Source: an uncultured delta proteobacterium (GTDB taxonomy: Bacteria > Myxococcota_A > Polyangia > Haliangiales > Haliangiaceae). From it: a DNA stretch of 64,000 nucleotides. Both the position numbers and the translations under genes were made by a program. Location: NCBI GenBank assembly GCA_963743525.1, contig CAVUQH010000004.1:416001-480000 (forward strand). Direction: 5' to 3'. Within the stretch, counting starts at the first letter, position 1. Each line of letters starts with the position of its first letter. Of the stretch, positions 50,344 through 64,000 are shown piece by piece. A model generated the notes under the pieces. It did not search any database and had not been told where the DNA came from. It saw nothing but the letters and a program-made list of their open reading frames with translations.

Positions 50344-51242
50344 ACGACGCGGACGCGAGCGAGCTGGTAGCGCTGGCCGACCGACTGGCCACGGCCGGCG
50401 TCGGCGAGCGCGCGGTCCGGGCCTGCTTCGGCGTGGCGTCGGTGCTGCACGCGCCGCTGCGCGCGGCTCACCTGCCGCTGCCGGCGCCGCTGCCACCTGC
50501 GTCACTGGCGCCGTGGCTGCTGGTCGGCGGACACGCGGTGCCGCTGGCAGCAGCGCGCGCGCGGCTCGGCGACGACGTCGATCGGTTGGCCGCACTGAAC
50601 CTGGTCGCGATCGACGGCCAGCGGGTGACGCCGCGCCTGCGCCTGTTGCCGGTGGGCGAGGCGATCGCGGTCTGTCTGCCGCGCGCGCCGGGCGAGGCCG
50701 GCAGCCCCGACGACTCGACCGGCCACCTCTTGGCCGCGCTCGGTCACCAGCGCGCCGACCGCTGGCTCGACGTCGGCACCGGCAACGCGGTGGTGCCGCT
50801 GGCGGCGCGCGGACAGGCGCGGCTGGTGATCGGCACCGACGTCAACGACACCGCGCTGGCGTGCGCGCGGGCCGGCGCGGCGCTGTCGGGCGCGGGTGAG
50901 CTGACCCTGGTGCGCGGCGATCTGGCGTCGGCGATCCGCGGGCGGTTCGACCGCATCACCTTCAACGCACCGATCGACGGCGCCGGCGCCCTGCTGGCCC
51001 GGTTCTACCGCCAGGCCGCAGAGCTCCTCGACCCCGGCGGCGAGGTGCTGGTGCACTCGCTCCTCGGCGCCGCCGAGCCCGACGGCGGTGAGGTCGTCAT
51101 CGCCCGGTACACCCCCGACGGCGTCGCTCCGGCCTTCGGCGTCACCTGGTGGCGCCCGGACCGGCCGGCGAGCCGGCGCGAGATCTCGGTCGCGCTGACA
51201 GCGCAGCGGCCACACGTGACCCGCGCCGCGCTGGAAGCCTGA
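50340..51242 (+). CDS. Class I SAM-dependent methyltransferase (HemK/MTS-like); start codon uncertain
   Basis: Motif I 'WLDVGTGNA', 'GTDVN', 'GDL', 'FDRITFNAP' (degenerate NPP motif). Confidence 0.75.
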   Translation: MNDADASELVALADRLATAGVGERAVRACFGVASVLHAPLRAAHLPLPAPLPPASLAPWLLVGGHAVPLAAARARLGDDVDRLAALNLVAIDGQRVTPRLRLLPVGEAIAVCLPRAPGEAGSPDDSTGHLLAALGHQRADRWLDVGTGNAVVPLAARGQARLVIGTDVNDTALACARAGAALSGAGELTLVRGDLASAIRGRFDRITFNAPIDGAGALLARFYRQAAELLDPGGEVLVHSLLGAAEPDGGEVVIARYTPDGVAPAFGVTWWRPDRPASRREISVALTAQRPHVTRAALEA

Positions 51243-51288
51243 GCCGGCGAATTGCGCGCCGCGGCGGCGCAGCGGTAACGTCGGTCAG

Positions 51289-51783
51289 ATGTCGTCCGTC
51301 ACCGCGTCCGCGGCTGCCGTCGTGCTCGTGCTCCTGGCCGGCTGCCATCGGGCGCCGTCGTACCCCGCCGAAACCCCGGAGAAGGCGCTGGCGTCGTTCG
51401 CCAAGGCGATCGACGCCGGACGCATCCCCGAGGATCTCGACCGCCTGGTCAGTGGCGAGCTCGAGCGCCGAACGTGGAAGCTGCGCTGCCACACGGTCGG
51501 CTGCAAGAAGGCCAGCTTCCACGTCGTCGGCACCCGCGATCGCAGCGAGTACCAGGCGGTGCTGTGGGTCGACGTCGAGGTCGAGGGCCGCGGTGGCGAC
51601 CGGGCGCTGGCGGCCAAACACATCGCGATCGCGTTCGAGCGCGACGGCAGCCGCTGGTTCATCGATCGCATCGGCGACGTCCCCGAGCCGCCGCCGCCCG
51701 CCGACGCCGGCGTGACCCACAGCGGGTCCGATGCAGCGACCGCAAGCGACGCCGGACCACCCCGGACGGACGCCGCCCCATGA
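51289..51783 (+). CDS. Small lipoprotein, hypothetical (NTF2-like pattern)
   Basis: Lipobox LAGC; 'TPEKALASF...FERDGSRWFI'; ATGA overlap with the cytochrome gene. Confidence 0.65.
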   Translation: MSSVTASAAAVVLVLLAGCHRAPSYPAETPEKALASFAKAIDAGRIPEDLDRLVSGELERRTWKLRCHTVGCKKASFHVVGTRDRSEYQAVLWVDVEVEGRGGDRALAAKHIAIAFERDGSRWFIDRIGDVPEPPPPADAGVTHSGSDAATASDAGPPRTDAAP

Positions 51784-53066
51784 TCCGCCGCGCCGCGGTC
51801 GCCGTCGCCGTCACCGCGCTGGTCGTCAGCGCGCTGGCCGGCTGCCGCGGCACGCAGCGCGAGGTCCGCGCCGGCGTCCCCGAGAGCGTCGAAGGGCGCT
51901 TCCCCCACCGCAAGCACGATCAGCTCGCCTGCACCGAGTGTCATGCGCAGGCGTCGGTGCTGGCCGGCCAACCGGCGGTGCCGGGCGCCGCCGACCACGC
52001 GCCGTGCGACCGCGAGCAGTGCCACCGCGATCGCTTCCTCGCCCCACCGGGGGCCTTCTGCGCCGTCTGCCACAGCGACGTCGACGCCACCGGCGCGTCG
52101 CCCAGCCCGGTGGTCTATCCGCCGGAGCGCGGGCCGCGGGCGCTGGCGTCGCAATTCTCCCACCGCGCCCACCTCGACTACGCGGCGATGGAGAAGCGGG
52201 TCGGCTTCCACGTCTCCTGCACCGACTGCCACGAGACCGACGCCGCAGGTGAGCTGACCGCGCCCGGCCACGCGGTCTGCGCCCGCTGTCACGCGCCGTC
52301 GGCGGCGCCTGCCGGCGCACCGCCGCTCGACCAGTGCTCCGAGTGCCACGGTCAGCGATCGCCGCCGCCGTCGCGCCGGCGCCAGCTGATCGTCGGCGAC
52401 TTGCACTTCACCCACAAGAATCACCGCCGCGATCGCGCCGGCGTGCCCATCCGCTGCACCGAGTGCCACGTCGACACCGCCGAGGTGACCGGCATCGACC
52501 GCCACGCCCCACCGCCGACCCGCGCGTGCGAGACCTGCCACGACGACAACACCCGCGTGCCGTCAACCATGCGCATGCGCGTGTGCGAGACCTGCCACAC
52601 GCGCAAGGCCGCGCAGCTGGCGCAACTGGCGCCGCGGTCGCACCTGCCGGCGCCGCGACGTCCCGAGGATCACACGGTGGCTTTCCGCCGCGATCACGGC
52701 ATCGAGGCCCGCGACGATCCGGCCGGCTGCGCCAAGTGCCACCGCATGATGTCCGGGTCGCCGCGCGACGCCTGCGACGAATGCCACCAGGTGATGCGCC
52801 CGGTCGACCACGTCATCACCTGGACCGAGTACGAGCACGGCCCCGAGGCGCGCGCCGACAAGGAGCGGTGCGCGGTCTGCCACAAGGCCGACTTCTGCGT
52901 CGCCTGCCATTCGCAGGTGCCGCGCTCGCACTACCCGCGGATGGAGTTCCGCCAGGGCGGCCATGCGACCATCGCGCGCTTCGACTACCGCGCCTGCGTG
53001 ACCTGTCACCAGCCCGACCGGGACTGCACCGGCTCCGGCTGTCACACGGTGAGGCCGCGGCCGTGA
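51780..53066 (+). CDS. Multiheme cytochrome c lipoprotein, 15 heme-binding motifs
   Basis: Lipobox LAGC; 13 CxxCH plus 2 Cx4CH (CDREQCH, CTGSGCH); three FxHxxH motifs. Confidence 0.92.
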   Translation: MIRRAAVAVAVTALVVSALAGCRGTQREVRAGVPESVEGRFPHRKHDQLACTECHAQASVLAGQPAVPGAADHAPCDREQCHRDRFLAPPGAFCAVCHSDVDATGASPSPVVYPPERGPRALASQFSHRAHLDYAAMEKRVGFHVSCTDCHETDAAGELTAPGHAVCARCHAPSAAPAGAPPLDQCSECHGQRSPPPSRRRQLIVGDLHFTHKNHRRDRAGVPIRCTECHVDTAEVTGIDRHAPPPTRACETCHDDNTRVPSTMRMRVCETCHTRKAAQLAQLAPRSHLPAPRRPEDHTVAFRRDHGIEARDDPAGCAKCHRMMSGSPRDACDECHQVMRPVDHVITWTEYEHGPEARADKERCAVCHKADFCVACHSQVPRSHYPRMEFRQGGHATIARFDYRACVTCHQPDRDCTGSGCHTVRPRP

Positions 53067-54751
53067 AGCGGGTGGCGACGACGGTCGCGCTGGTCGCGGC
53101 GATCTGTGCGCCCGCGTCGGCCAACCCGACGCCGCGCCTCGACCTGACCGTTCCCGCGCCGGTGCCGTCGACGTTGGCGATGCGCCCAACAGCCGCGCGG
53201 CGACCGGCGCCGACCCGAGTGGCAGCGGCGCCGGCGGCCAGGGACGCCGGCGAGCGCGATCGCTACCTCGAGCTCGGATTGCTGGCGCACGGCGCGCGCA
53301 ACGCGCGAACTCTGGAAGACAAGGTCATCTTCCGCTTCGATCTCGGCTTCGGACTCGACGGCGGCCAGCTCAACTGCGACGGCGACGGCAACTGCGCCAG
53401 CCCGCCGTCGGGCGTCTCGTCCGAGAGCTTCTCCACCTACTACTACTCCAAGCTGCGCGCCTACGCCTTCGGCGACGCGATCATCGGCAGCCGCGGCATC
53501 GTCGCGCCCAGCCTCAACACCTACTTCGCCGCCAGCTTCCGCTTCGATCAGAACGACCTGCACTCGACCGCGGTGCCGTCGATCCACGACGCCTCGCAGG
53601 TCGACCCGGTCCTGGTCCGCGCCGGCTACGCCGAGACCGACGGCTTCTTCGAACAGCGCCTGCTGAAGCCGATCTTCGTGCGCGCCGGGCGGCAGTGGCG
53701 CTACGGCCCGGCCATCGCCCACTTCGACGGCATCACCATCGGCTACGACTCGCGTCCGGTCTCGCTGGCCGTCTGGGGCGGCACGCGGGTGTCGCTGTAC
53801 GGACTGTCCAACGACAACTTCGACAACAGCGGCACCATCAGCGGCGCCGACGTGCGCGTCGACATGTACGAGCTCAAGCGCGCGCCGCTGGTGCTGAACG
53901 GCAGCATGCTCACGTTCGACGGCAAGGGCCACTTCGAGGGCGGGGTGGCGCTGCGCTGGAGCCGCGACGTGGTGCTGCGGGCGTCGACCCGCATCAGCGG
54001 CAACGACTTCGGCAGCCTGCGCCTGAGCATGCGCAGCCGGCTGTCCAAGGTCACCACGCTGAGCGCCGAAGTCGAGAGCCACCAGGACAGCGACTGGGAG
54101 TACGACCTGATCCTCGACAACCCGCGCACCACCTACGACGCCACCGACCCGCGGCGCTATCTCGACTTCGGCTACCAGCTGCCGCGGCTGCGCTTCGGCG
54201 TGCGCTTCGGCACGGTGCTGCTCGACAACATCGATCTATTGGCCCGCTTCGCCGGCTCGCTCGACCGCAAGTCGGGCATCACCGGCGCCGCCGCCGACGC
54301 GGTCCGCTACCTCGAAGGCGGCACCGCCATCGAGCTGCGTCTGCGGCGCACGCTGGCGCTGGGCGGGTCGGTGCTGACCCGCATCTACGGCCGCGACGAC
54401 CCCGGCCCCGGCGATGTCACGGCCGGCCCCGACGAGATTCCGTCGCAGATCGGCGCCATCGGCGAGCGGTCGTTCACCGAGGGCGGGCTGACCGCGCGCT
54501 TCGAGCCGTCGCAGAAGTCGTTCAGCGCCACCGCCGAGCTGTACGGCCGGCTGTACAACCTGCGCTCGCCGTATATCGACCCGGGCGACCGCACCGAGCT
54601 GCGCAGCGGCGGCCGCTTCACCGTGTCCGGTCAGGTCAACGACTACCTGCGGATGAAGCTGGAGTACGACACCGCGTACGCGCCGACGCACCTGGCGCCC
54701 GAGATCCGCGGCATGAACAGCCTGCGCGTGCTGGCGGAGGGAACGTTCTGA
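53063..54751 (+). CDS. Predicted outer-membrane beta-barrel (porin) associated with multiheme cytochromes
   Basis: Sec signal 'MKRVATTVALVAAICAPASA', many alternating amphipathic strands rich in G/F/Y/R, terminal strand 'LRVLAEGTF' ending in Phe; GTGA overlap. Confidence 0.75.
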   Translation: MKRVATTVALVAAICAPASANPTPRLDLTVPAPVPSTLAMRPTAARRPAPTRVAAAPAARDAGERDRYLELGLLAHGARNARTLEDKVIFRFDLGFGLDGGQLNCDGDGNCASPPSGVSSESFSTYYYSKLRAYAFGDAIIGSRGIVAPSLNTYFAASFRFDQNDLHSTAVPSIHDASQVDPVLVRAGYAETDGFFEQRLLKPIFVRAGRQWRYGPAIAHFDGITIGYDSRPVSLAVWGGTRVSLYGLSNDNFDNSGTISGADVRVDMYELKRAPLVLNGSMLTFDGKGHFEGGVALRWSRDVVLRASTRISGNDFGSLRLSMRSRLSKVTTLSAEVESHQDSDWEYDLILDNPRTTYDATDPRRYLDFGYQLPRLRFGVRFGTVLLDNIDLLARFAGSLDRKSGITGAAADAVRYLEGGTAIELRLRRTLALGGSVLTRIYGRDDPGPGDVTAGPDEIPSQIGAIGERSFTEGGLTARFEPSQKSFSATAELYGRLYNLRSPYIDPGDRTELRSGGRFTVSGQVNDYLRMKLEYDTAYAPTHLAPEIRGMNSLRVLAEGTF

Positions 54752-56365
54752 GTGAACGCACGCTGGCCGGTGGCGGTGGGCGGCGCTTCGCTGGTGCTGG
54801 CGCTGGCGTGGGCCGCGCGCGCGCAGCCGGGCGGCGGCCCGAGCAAGGACGCCGACGCGCCGGCGGTCGGCTTCGATCACATCGCTCACGAGGGCAAGGT
54901 CGCGGTCGCCGGCGCCGCGGCGATTCCGTGCGCGCGCTGCCACCAGCTGAAGAAGGACGGCGGCCTGCGCGGCGCCCCCGATCACGCCGCCTGCTTCGGC
55001 GCCTGTCACGGCGGCAACCCGCCCAGGCGACGCGGGCGCGCGCCCTACCCGGCCGCCGCCGAGCGGCGCAAGGTGTGCCAGGCGTGCCACGCGCCCGGTG
55101 CCCTCGACCGCGCCGCCGCCGGCTCGTCGGACAAGCTGCGCGTCTTCTACCCGCCATACGGCGTCGAGCCCGACTTCAGCATCACCTTCGCCCACGATCG
55201 CCACGCCACGCCGTCGGACCAGGCGCGCGGCTGCCGCACCTGCCACGCGATGCCGGCGGATCCGGGCAAGCCGGCGCCGCGCCGGCCGGCGATCCACAGC
55301 CGCTGCGCCGGTTGCCACAAGGGCAGCGGCGCCGCCGCGCCGATGAGCGCGTGCAAGACCTGCCACCTGCCGGCGTTCGGCCCGGCGACCAGCCCGCACC
55401 GGGTCGCCAGCCCGTTCGCCGTGCGCGCGACCTTCTCGCACCGCGCGCATCTGGCCCGCGCCGGCGCCGCGGGCTGCCGCACCTGCCACGCCGCCGTGCG
55501 CAAGACCAACGGCGACGAAATCCCCGAGCCCGACACCGCCACTTGCGCCGGCTGCCACGACGGCGAGACCGCGTTCGCCACCACCGGCGAGAGCTGTCGC
55601 CGCTGCCACACCGCGCCGACCGAGCGCGTGCACCGGCCGACGCCGTCGCACACCGCGTTCTCCCACGCCGCCCACCGCGCGCGCGGGTTGGCGCTGCCGT
55701 GCGCCACCTGTCACCGGCTCGCTGCCGACGGCACCCTGGCCGAGCCGCGCCACGCGCCCTGCTCCGACTCCGGCTGCCACCGCGAACAGTTCGCCATGAC
55801 GTCGCCGTCGATCTGCGGCACCTGCCACACCGGGTGGGAGCCGTGGCGCCCGCTCCACGTCGACCGCCACGCCGTCGGCACCACCGAGTTCGGCGCCCGC
55901 TTCGACCACCGCGCCCACGGCGACACCACCACCACCTGCGAGCGCTGCCACCGCGCCGGCACCGACACCGCCGGCGCCCTGCCGGTGCTCGCCGGCCACG
56001 CCGCCTGCAGCGGCACCGCCTGCCACGATCGCGCGGGCGCCGCCAAGCCGCCGCTGTCCCGCTGCGACGACTGCCACCAGCTCGGCCTCCAACGCGATCG
56101 CGCCGCCGCCCGCGACCGCGCCCCCTGGTCCGTGCGCGCCCGCTTCGACCACCGCGCCCACCGCACCGACCCGACCGGCGCCGCCGTCGCCTGCGCCCGT
56201 TGCCACACCCGCGCCGCCCAATCGACCGACATCGCCTCCATGCCCACCCCGACCAAGCCGACCTGCGCCCCCTGCCACGACGGAAAAACCGCCTTCAAGC
56301 TCACCGGCCACGCCTGCAGCCGCTGCCACGGCAACGGGGACACGCACGCCCCCTCCAACCCCTGA
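54752..56365 (+). CDS. Periplasmic multiheme cytochrome c, 18 heme motifs in six c7/c3-like triheme modules
   Basis: Sec signal ending AARA; 15 CxxCH, 1 Cx3CH (CFGACH) and 2 Cx4CH (CSDSGCH, CSGTACH); six FxHxxH motifs, each followed by three heme motifs. Confidence 0.92.
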   Translation: MNARWPVAVGGASLVLALAWAARAQPGGGPSKDADAPAVGFDHIAHEGKVAVAGAAAIPCARCHQLKKDGGLRGAPDHAACFGACHGGNPPRRRGRAPYPAAAERRKVCQACHAPGALDRAAAGSSDKLRVFYPPYGVEPDFSITFAHDRHATPSDQARGCRTCHAMPADPGKPAPRRPAIHSRCAGCHKGSGAAAPMSACKTCHLPAFGPATSPHRVASPFAVRATFSHRAHLARAGAAGCRTCHAAVRKTNGDEIPEPDTATCAGCHDGETAFATTGESCRRCHTAPTERVHRPTPSHTAFSHAAHRARGLALPCATCHRLAADGTLAEPRHAPCSDSGCHREQFAMTSPSICGTCHTGWEPWRPLHVDRHAVGTTEFGARFDHRAHGDTTTTCERCHRAGTDTAGALPVLAGHAACSGTACHDRAGAAKPPLSRCDDCHQLGLQRDRAAARDRAPWSVRARFDHRAHRTDPTGAAVACARCHTRAAQSTDIASMPTPTKPTCAPCHDGKTAFKLTGHACSRCHGNGDTHAPSNP

Positions 56366-56415
56366 GAATCAATCAGGATCTCAACGCAAGTGGCCAATCC
56401 TCCAACCTCGCGAAA

Positions 56416-61617
<5,202 letters not shown>

Positions 61618-61632
61618 CGGTCTCCTCATCGA

Positions 61633-63261
61633 TCAGGGGGTGGGACGGCGCAGTGCGTGGCGCAGTTGCGCGAGGTCGGGCGGCTTGCCCAGGTGGTCGT
61701 CGAAGCCGGCCGCCAGCGCCCGCTGCCGGTCGGCGTGTTGTGCGAAACCACTGAGAGCGACCAGTCGAACCCGGCTGCCCAGCCCTCCGTTCCCCCGCAC
61801 CCGGACGGCCAACTCGCAGCCGTCGCCGTCGGGCAGCCCGAGGTCGACCAGCACCACGTCCGGGCACGCGAGGTCGATCATCTCCAGACCGGCCGCCATC
61901 GTCCCGGCGACCCGAACTCGATGGCCCCAGCCGCGCAGCAGCTCCGACAGCGTCTCACGCAGATCGTCGTTGTCCTCGACGACCAGCAGGTCCAACACCT
62001 CGCAGCTCACCGGAGCCGGCGGCGTCACGCAGACTGGCAGCGCCTCGCAGTCGATCAGCGGCAGCCGGATGTCGAACCGGCTGCCGCGCCCCGGCCCCGC
62101 GCTGTGCGCGCTCAAGGTGCCGCCCTGCAGCTCCACCAGCCTGCGCGCCAGGGTCAAGCCGACCCCCAGCCCGCCCCGTCCCGGCTCGGCCTGGGCGAAC
62201 ATGTCGAAGACGTGCTCCAGCGCCTCCTGATCGAGTCCGCGACCGTCGTCGCTGACGCTGATGATCGCGCGAGGCCCCTCGGCTTTGGCGGCCACGGTGA
62301 TGTGGCCGTACGGATCCGTATACCGAGCGGCGTTGGCCAGCAGGTTCGACACCACCTGGGCCATGCGCACGTCGTCCGCGTGGACGACCAGCGGCTCGGG
62401 TGGCAGCACGACCTCCAGGTGGTGGTTTGCGGCCTCGATCGACGGCGTCGCGATCGCCACCGCGCTCTCGATCACGTCCGACACGAGAACGTCCTTGCGC
62501 GCCAGATCGAGCTTGCCGGAGTTGATGCGCGAGACGTCGATGAGATCGTCGACCAGGCGCACCAGGTGGTGGAGCTGTCGGTCGATGACGCCGCGCGCGC
62601 GCGCGCGCGTCTCGGCGTCGCTGTTCAACTGATCGATGACGGCGAACCCGGTCACCAGCGCCGCCAGCGGATTGCGCAGCTCGTGCCCCAGAACGGCGAT
62701 GAACTCATCCTTGCGCCGATCGATGCGCCGCTGCTCTTCCATCTGCCGCCGCAAGGCGGCTGCCTCGAGCTCCCGGCGCTGAGCCGTGAGCTCCTCCTCG
62801 TGTTGCCGCCGCTCGTGTTCCCGAAGCTGCTCGGCCTGACGAGCGACTTCCGCCGTCCGCCGTTGCAGCTCGACGAAGACGTTGACCTTCGCGCGCAGGA
62901 CCTCGCTGCGAACGGGCTTGAACAGGAAATCGACCGCGCCCAGACTGTAGGCATCCAGGACTTCGGCCTCGTCGCGGTCGTACGCGGTGATGAAGATGAT
63001 CGGTATGTGCCGATTGCGGCCGCGCGATCGGATCATCCGCGCGGTCTCGTAGCCGTCCATCCCGGGCATCTGCACGTCCAGCAGGACCAGGGCGAAGTCC
63101 TGCTGCAGCAGATCGCGCAGCGCCTCTGCGCCGGAGCTGGCGGTGACGATGCGGTGAGGGAGCCCCGCCAGGGCGACTTCCATCGCCAGCAGGTTCTGCG
63201 AGGTGTCGTCGACGACCAGGATCGCCGCCTCCTCGGCAGATGGCTCGATGCGTTCAATCAT
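61633..63261 (-). CDS. Hybrid REC-histidine kinase-REC protein
   Basis: 'ILVVDD...[11 protein letters not shown]', 'GHELRNPL', 'NLLANAARY', 'GGLGVGL', C-terminal REC '[10 protein letters not shown]'. Confidence 0.93.
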   Translation of the reverse strand: MIERIEPSAEEAAILVVDDTSQNLLAMEVALAGLPHRIVTASSGAEALRDLLQQDFALVLLDVQMPGMDGYETARMIRSRGRNRHIPIIFITAYDRDEAEVLDAYSLGAVDFLFKPVRSEVLRAKVNVFVELQRRTAEVARQAEQLREHERRQHEEELTAQRRELEAAALRRQMEEQRRIDRRKDEFIAVLGHELRNPLAALVTGFAVIDQLNSDAETRARARGVIDRQLHHLVRLVDDLIDVSRINSGKLDLARKDVLVSDVIESAVAIATPSIEAANHHLEVVLPPEPLVVHADDVRMAQVVSNLLANAARYTDPYGHITVAAKAEGPRAIISVSDDGRGLDQEALEHVFDMFAQAEPGRGGLGVGLTLARRLVELQGGTLSAHSAGPGRGSRFDIRLPLIDCEALPVCVTPPAPVSCEVLDLLVVEDNDDLRETLSELLRGWGHRVRVAGTMAAGLEMIDLACPDVVLVDLGLPDGDGCELAVRVRGNGGLGSRVRLVALSGFAQHADRQRALAAGFDDHLGKPPDLAQLRHALRRPTP

Positions 63262-63361
63262 CTGTGGAGGTACCAACGGGTTGCTAGCCCTCTCCCGACT
63301 CGATTCGGTTGTGAAGGATCGGCCACACGGCCGCCAGGGGGGTGTTACCGCGGCGTAACAG

Positions 63362-63772
63362 TCAGTTGCCGGTGAGCTGTCCGATCGCCCGTTCGAGCTC
63401 GGATGCGTCGAACGGCTTGGAGAACAGCCTCGTGTGCGGCATTCGCGCGACGCGCGCTTCCAGCGCCTCGTCACAAAATGCCGAGATGATCACGATCGGC
63501 TGTTTCCAACCGTTCTCACGCAGCCCCTCGACGATGTTGAGCCCATTGAACCCGGGCATGCGCACGTCGGTGATGATCGCGTCGGCCGGCGCGTCGTCCT
63601 CTCCCAGGATCGAAGGAGCGAGCACGTCCATGAGGGCGGCCCCGCTGCTCAGCGCACGAACGTCGTATCCGGCGGCCGCCAGGATGCACGCCAGCGCATC
63701 GCGCAGGTCGTCATCGTCTTCGGCCAGGAGCACACGAACGGGTCGTCTGTCACGGCGCGGTGAAGCGGTCAT
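63362..63772 (-). CDS. Single-domain response regulator
   Basis: 'VLLAEDD', 'IITDVRMPG', 'ISAF', 'KPF'. Confidence 0.9.
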   Translation of the reverse strand: MTASPRRDRRPVRVLLAEDDDDLRDALACILAAAGYDVRALSSGAALMDVLAPSILGEDDAPADAIITDVRMPGFNGLNIVEGLRENGWKQPIVIISAFCDEALEARVARMPHTRLFSKPFDASELERAIGQLTGN

Positions 63773-63840
63773 GTCCCACAGCCATGCAATGGCCGAGCCA
63801 CCGCGCGGACTGGCCTCGTTCCTGCATTGATCCCGGGGCG

Positions 63841-64000
63841 ATGACCCATGCGCATCGCGATCGCGGCGGTCCTGGGAGGGAGGCAACCTACGACATCGGC
63901 GAGACCAACCTACCCTCGACCGCCGACCGACTGGCCGAGCTGGCGCGACGACTCGCCCTGCACGGCGACCCGTTCTTCGCCAGACCGGAGCTGCAAACGC
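63841..64000 (+). CDS. Possible 5' end of a hypothetical protein running off the window
   Basis: Open frame from the ATG at 63841 to the window end (MTHAHRDRGGPGREATYDIGETNLP...). Confidence 0.3.
   Translation, partial: MTHAHRDRGGPGREATYDIGETNLPSTADRLAELARRLALHGDPFFARPELQT

Noticed and set aside
63310..63327. CRP/FNR-like site TGTGA...CCACA
   Set aside because: The spacer is 8 rather than 6 nt and the second half-site is imperfect.

Overview
GC-rich (roughly 70% by eye) bacterial chromosomal window. It most likely comes from a member of the Myxococcota; this is inferred from a MYXO-CTERM-like sorting tail, many lipoproteins, FHA/TPR proteins and multi-domain kinases. There are about 46 genes. 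Housekeeping genes include polA, speD-speE, sucA, two aspartate kinases, recG, a CoA transferase, a K+ channel and a Na+/solute symporter. The window also has four M16 peptidase genes, two of them interrupted by single-base indels that look like assembly errors. A Y1/HUH (RAYT-like) transposase is flanked by hairpins and a ~860 bp hexamer array, and a three-gene phosphorelay cluster includes a poly-HAMP hybrid kinase. The most striking locus is a tightly coupled operon at 51289-56365: a small lipoprotein, a 15-heme lipoprotein cytochrome c, a predicted outer-membrane beta-barrel and an 18-heme periplasmic cytochrome built from six c7-like triheme modules. This is a candidate 33-heme porin-cytochrome conduit for extracellular electron transfer. 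Other notable signals are a candidate orphan sRNA (25095-25186), a structured region upstream of speD, a 26-bp tandem expansion of the shared ask/recG stop junction and a PHM-like copper monooxygenase lipoprotein. No rRNA, tRNA or CRISPR array was recognised. All family assignments come from motifs recognised by eye, not from database searches.
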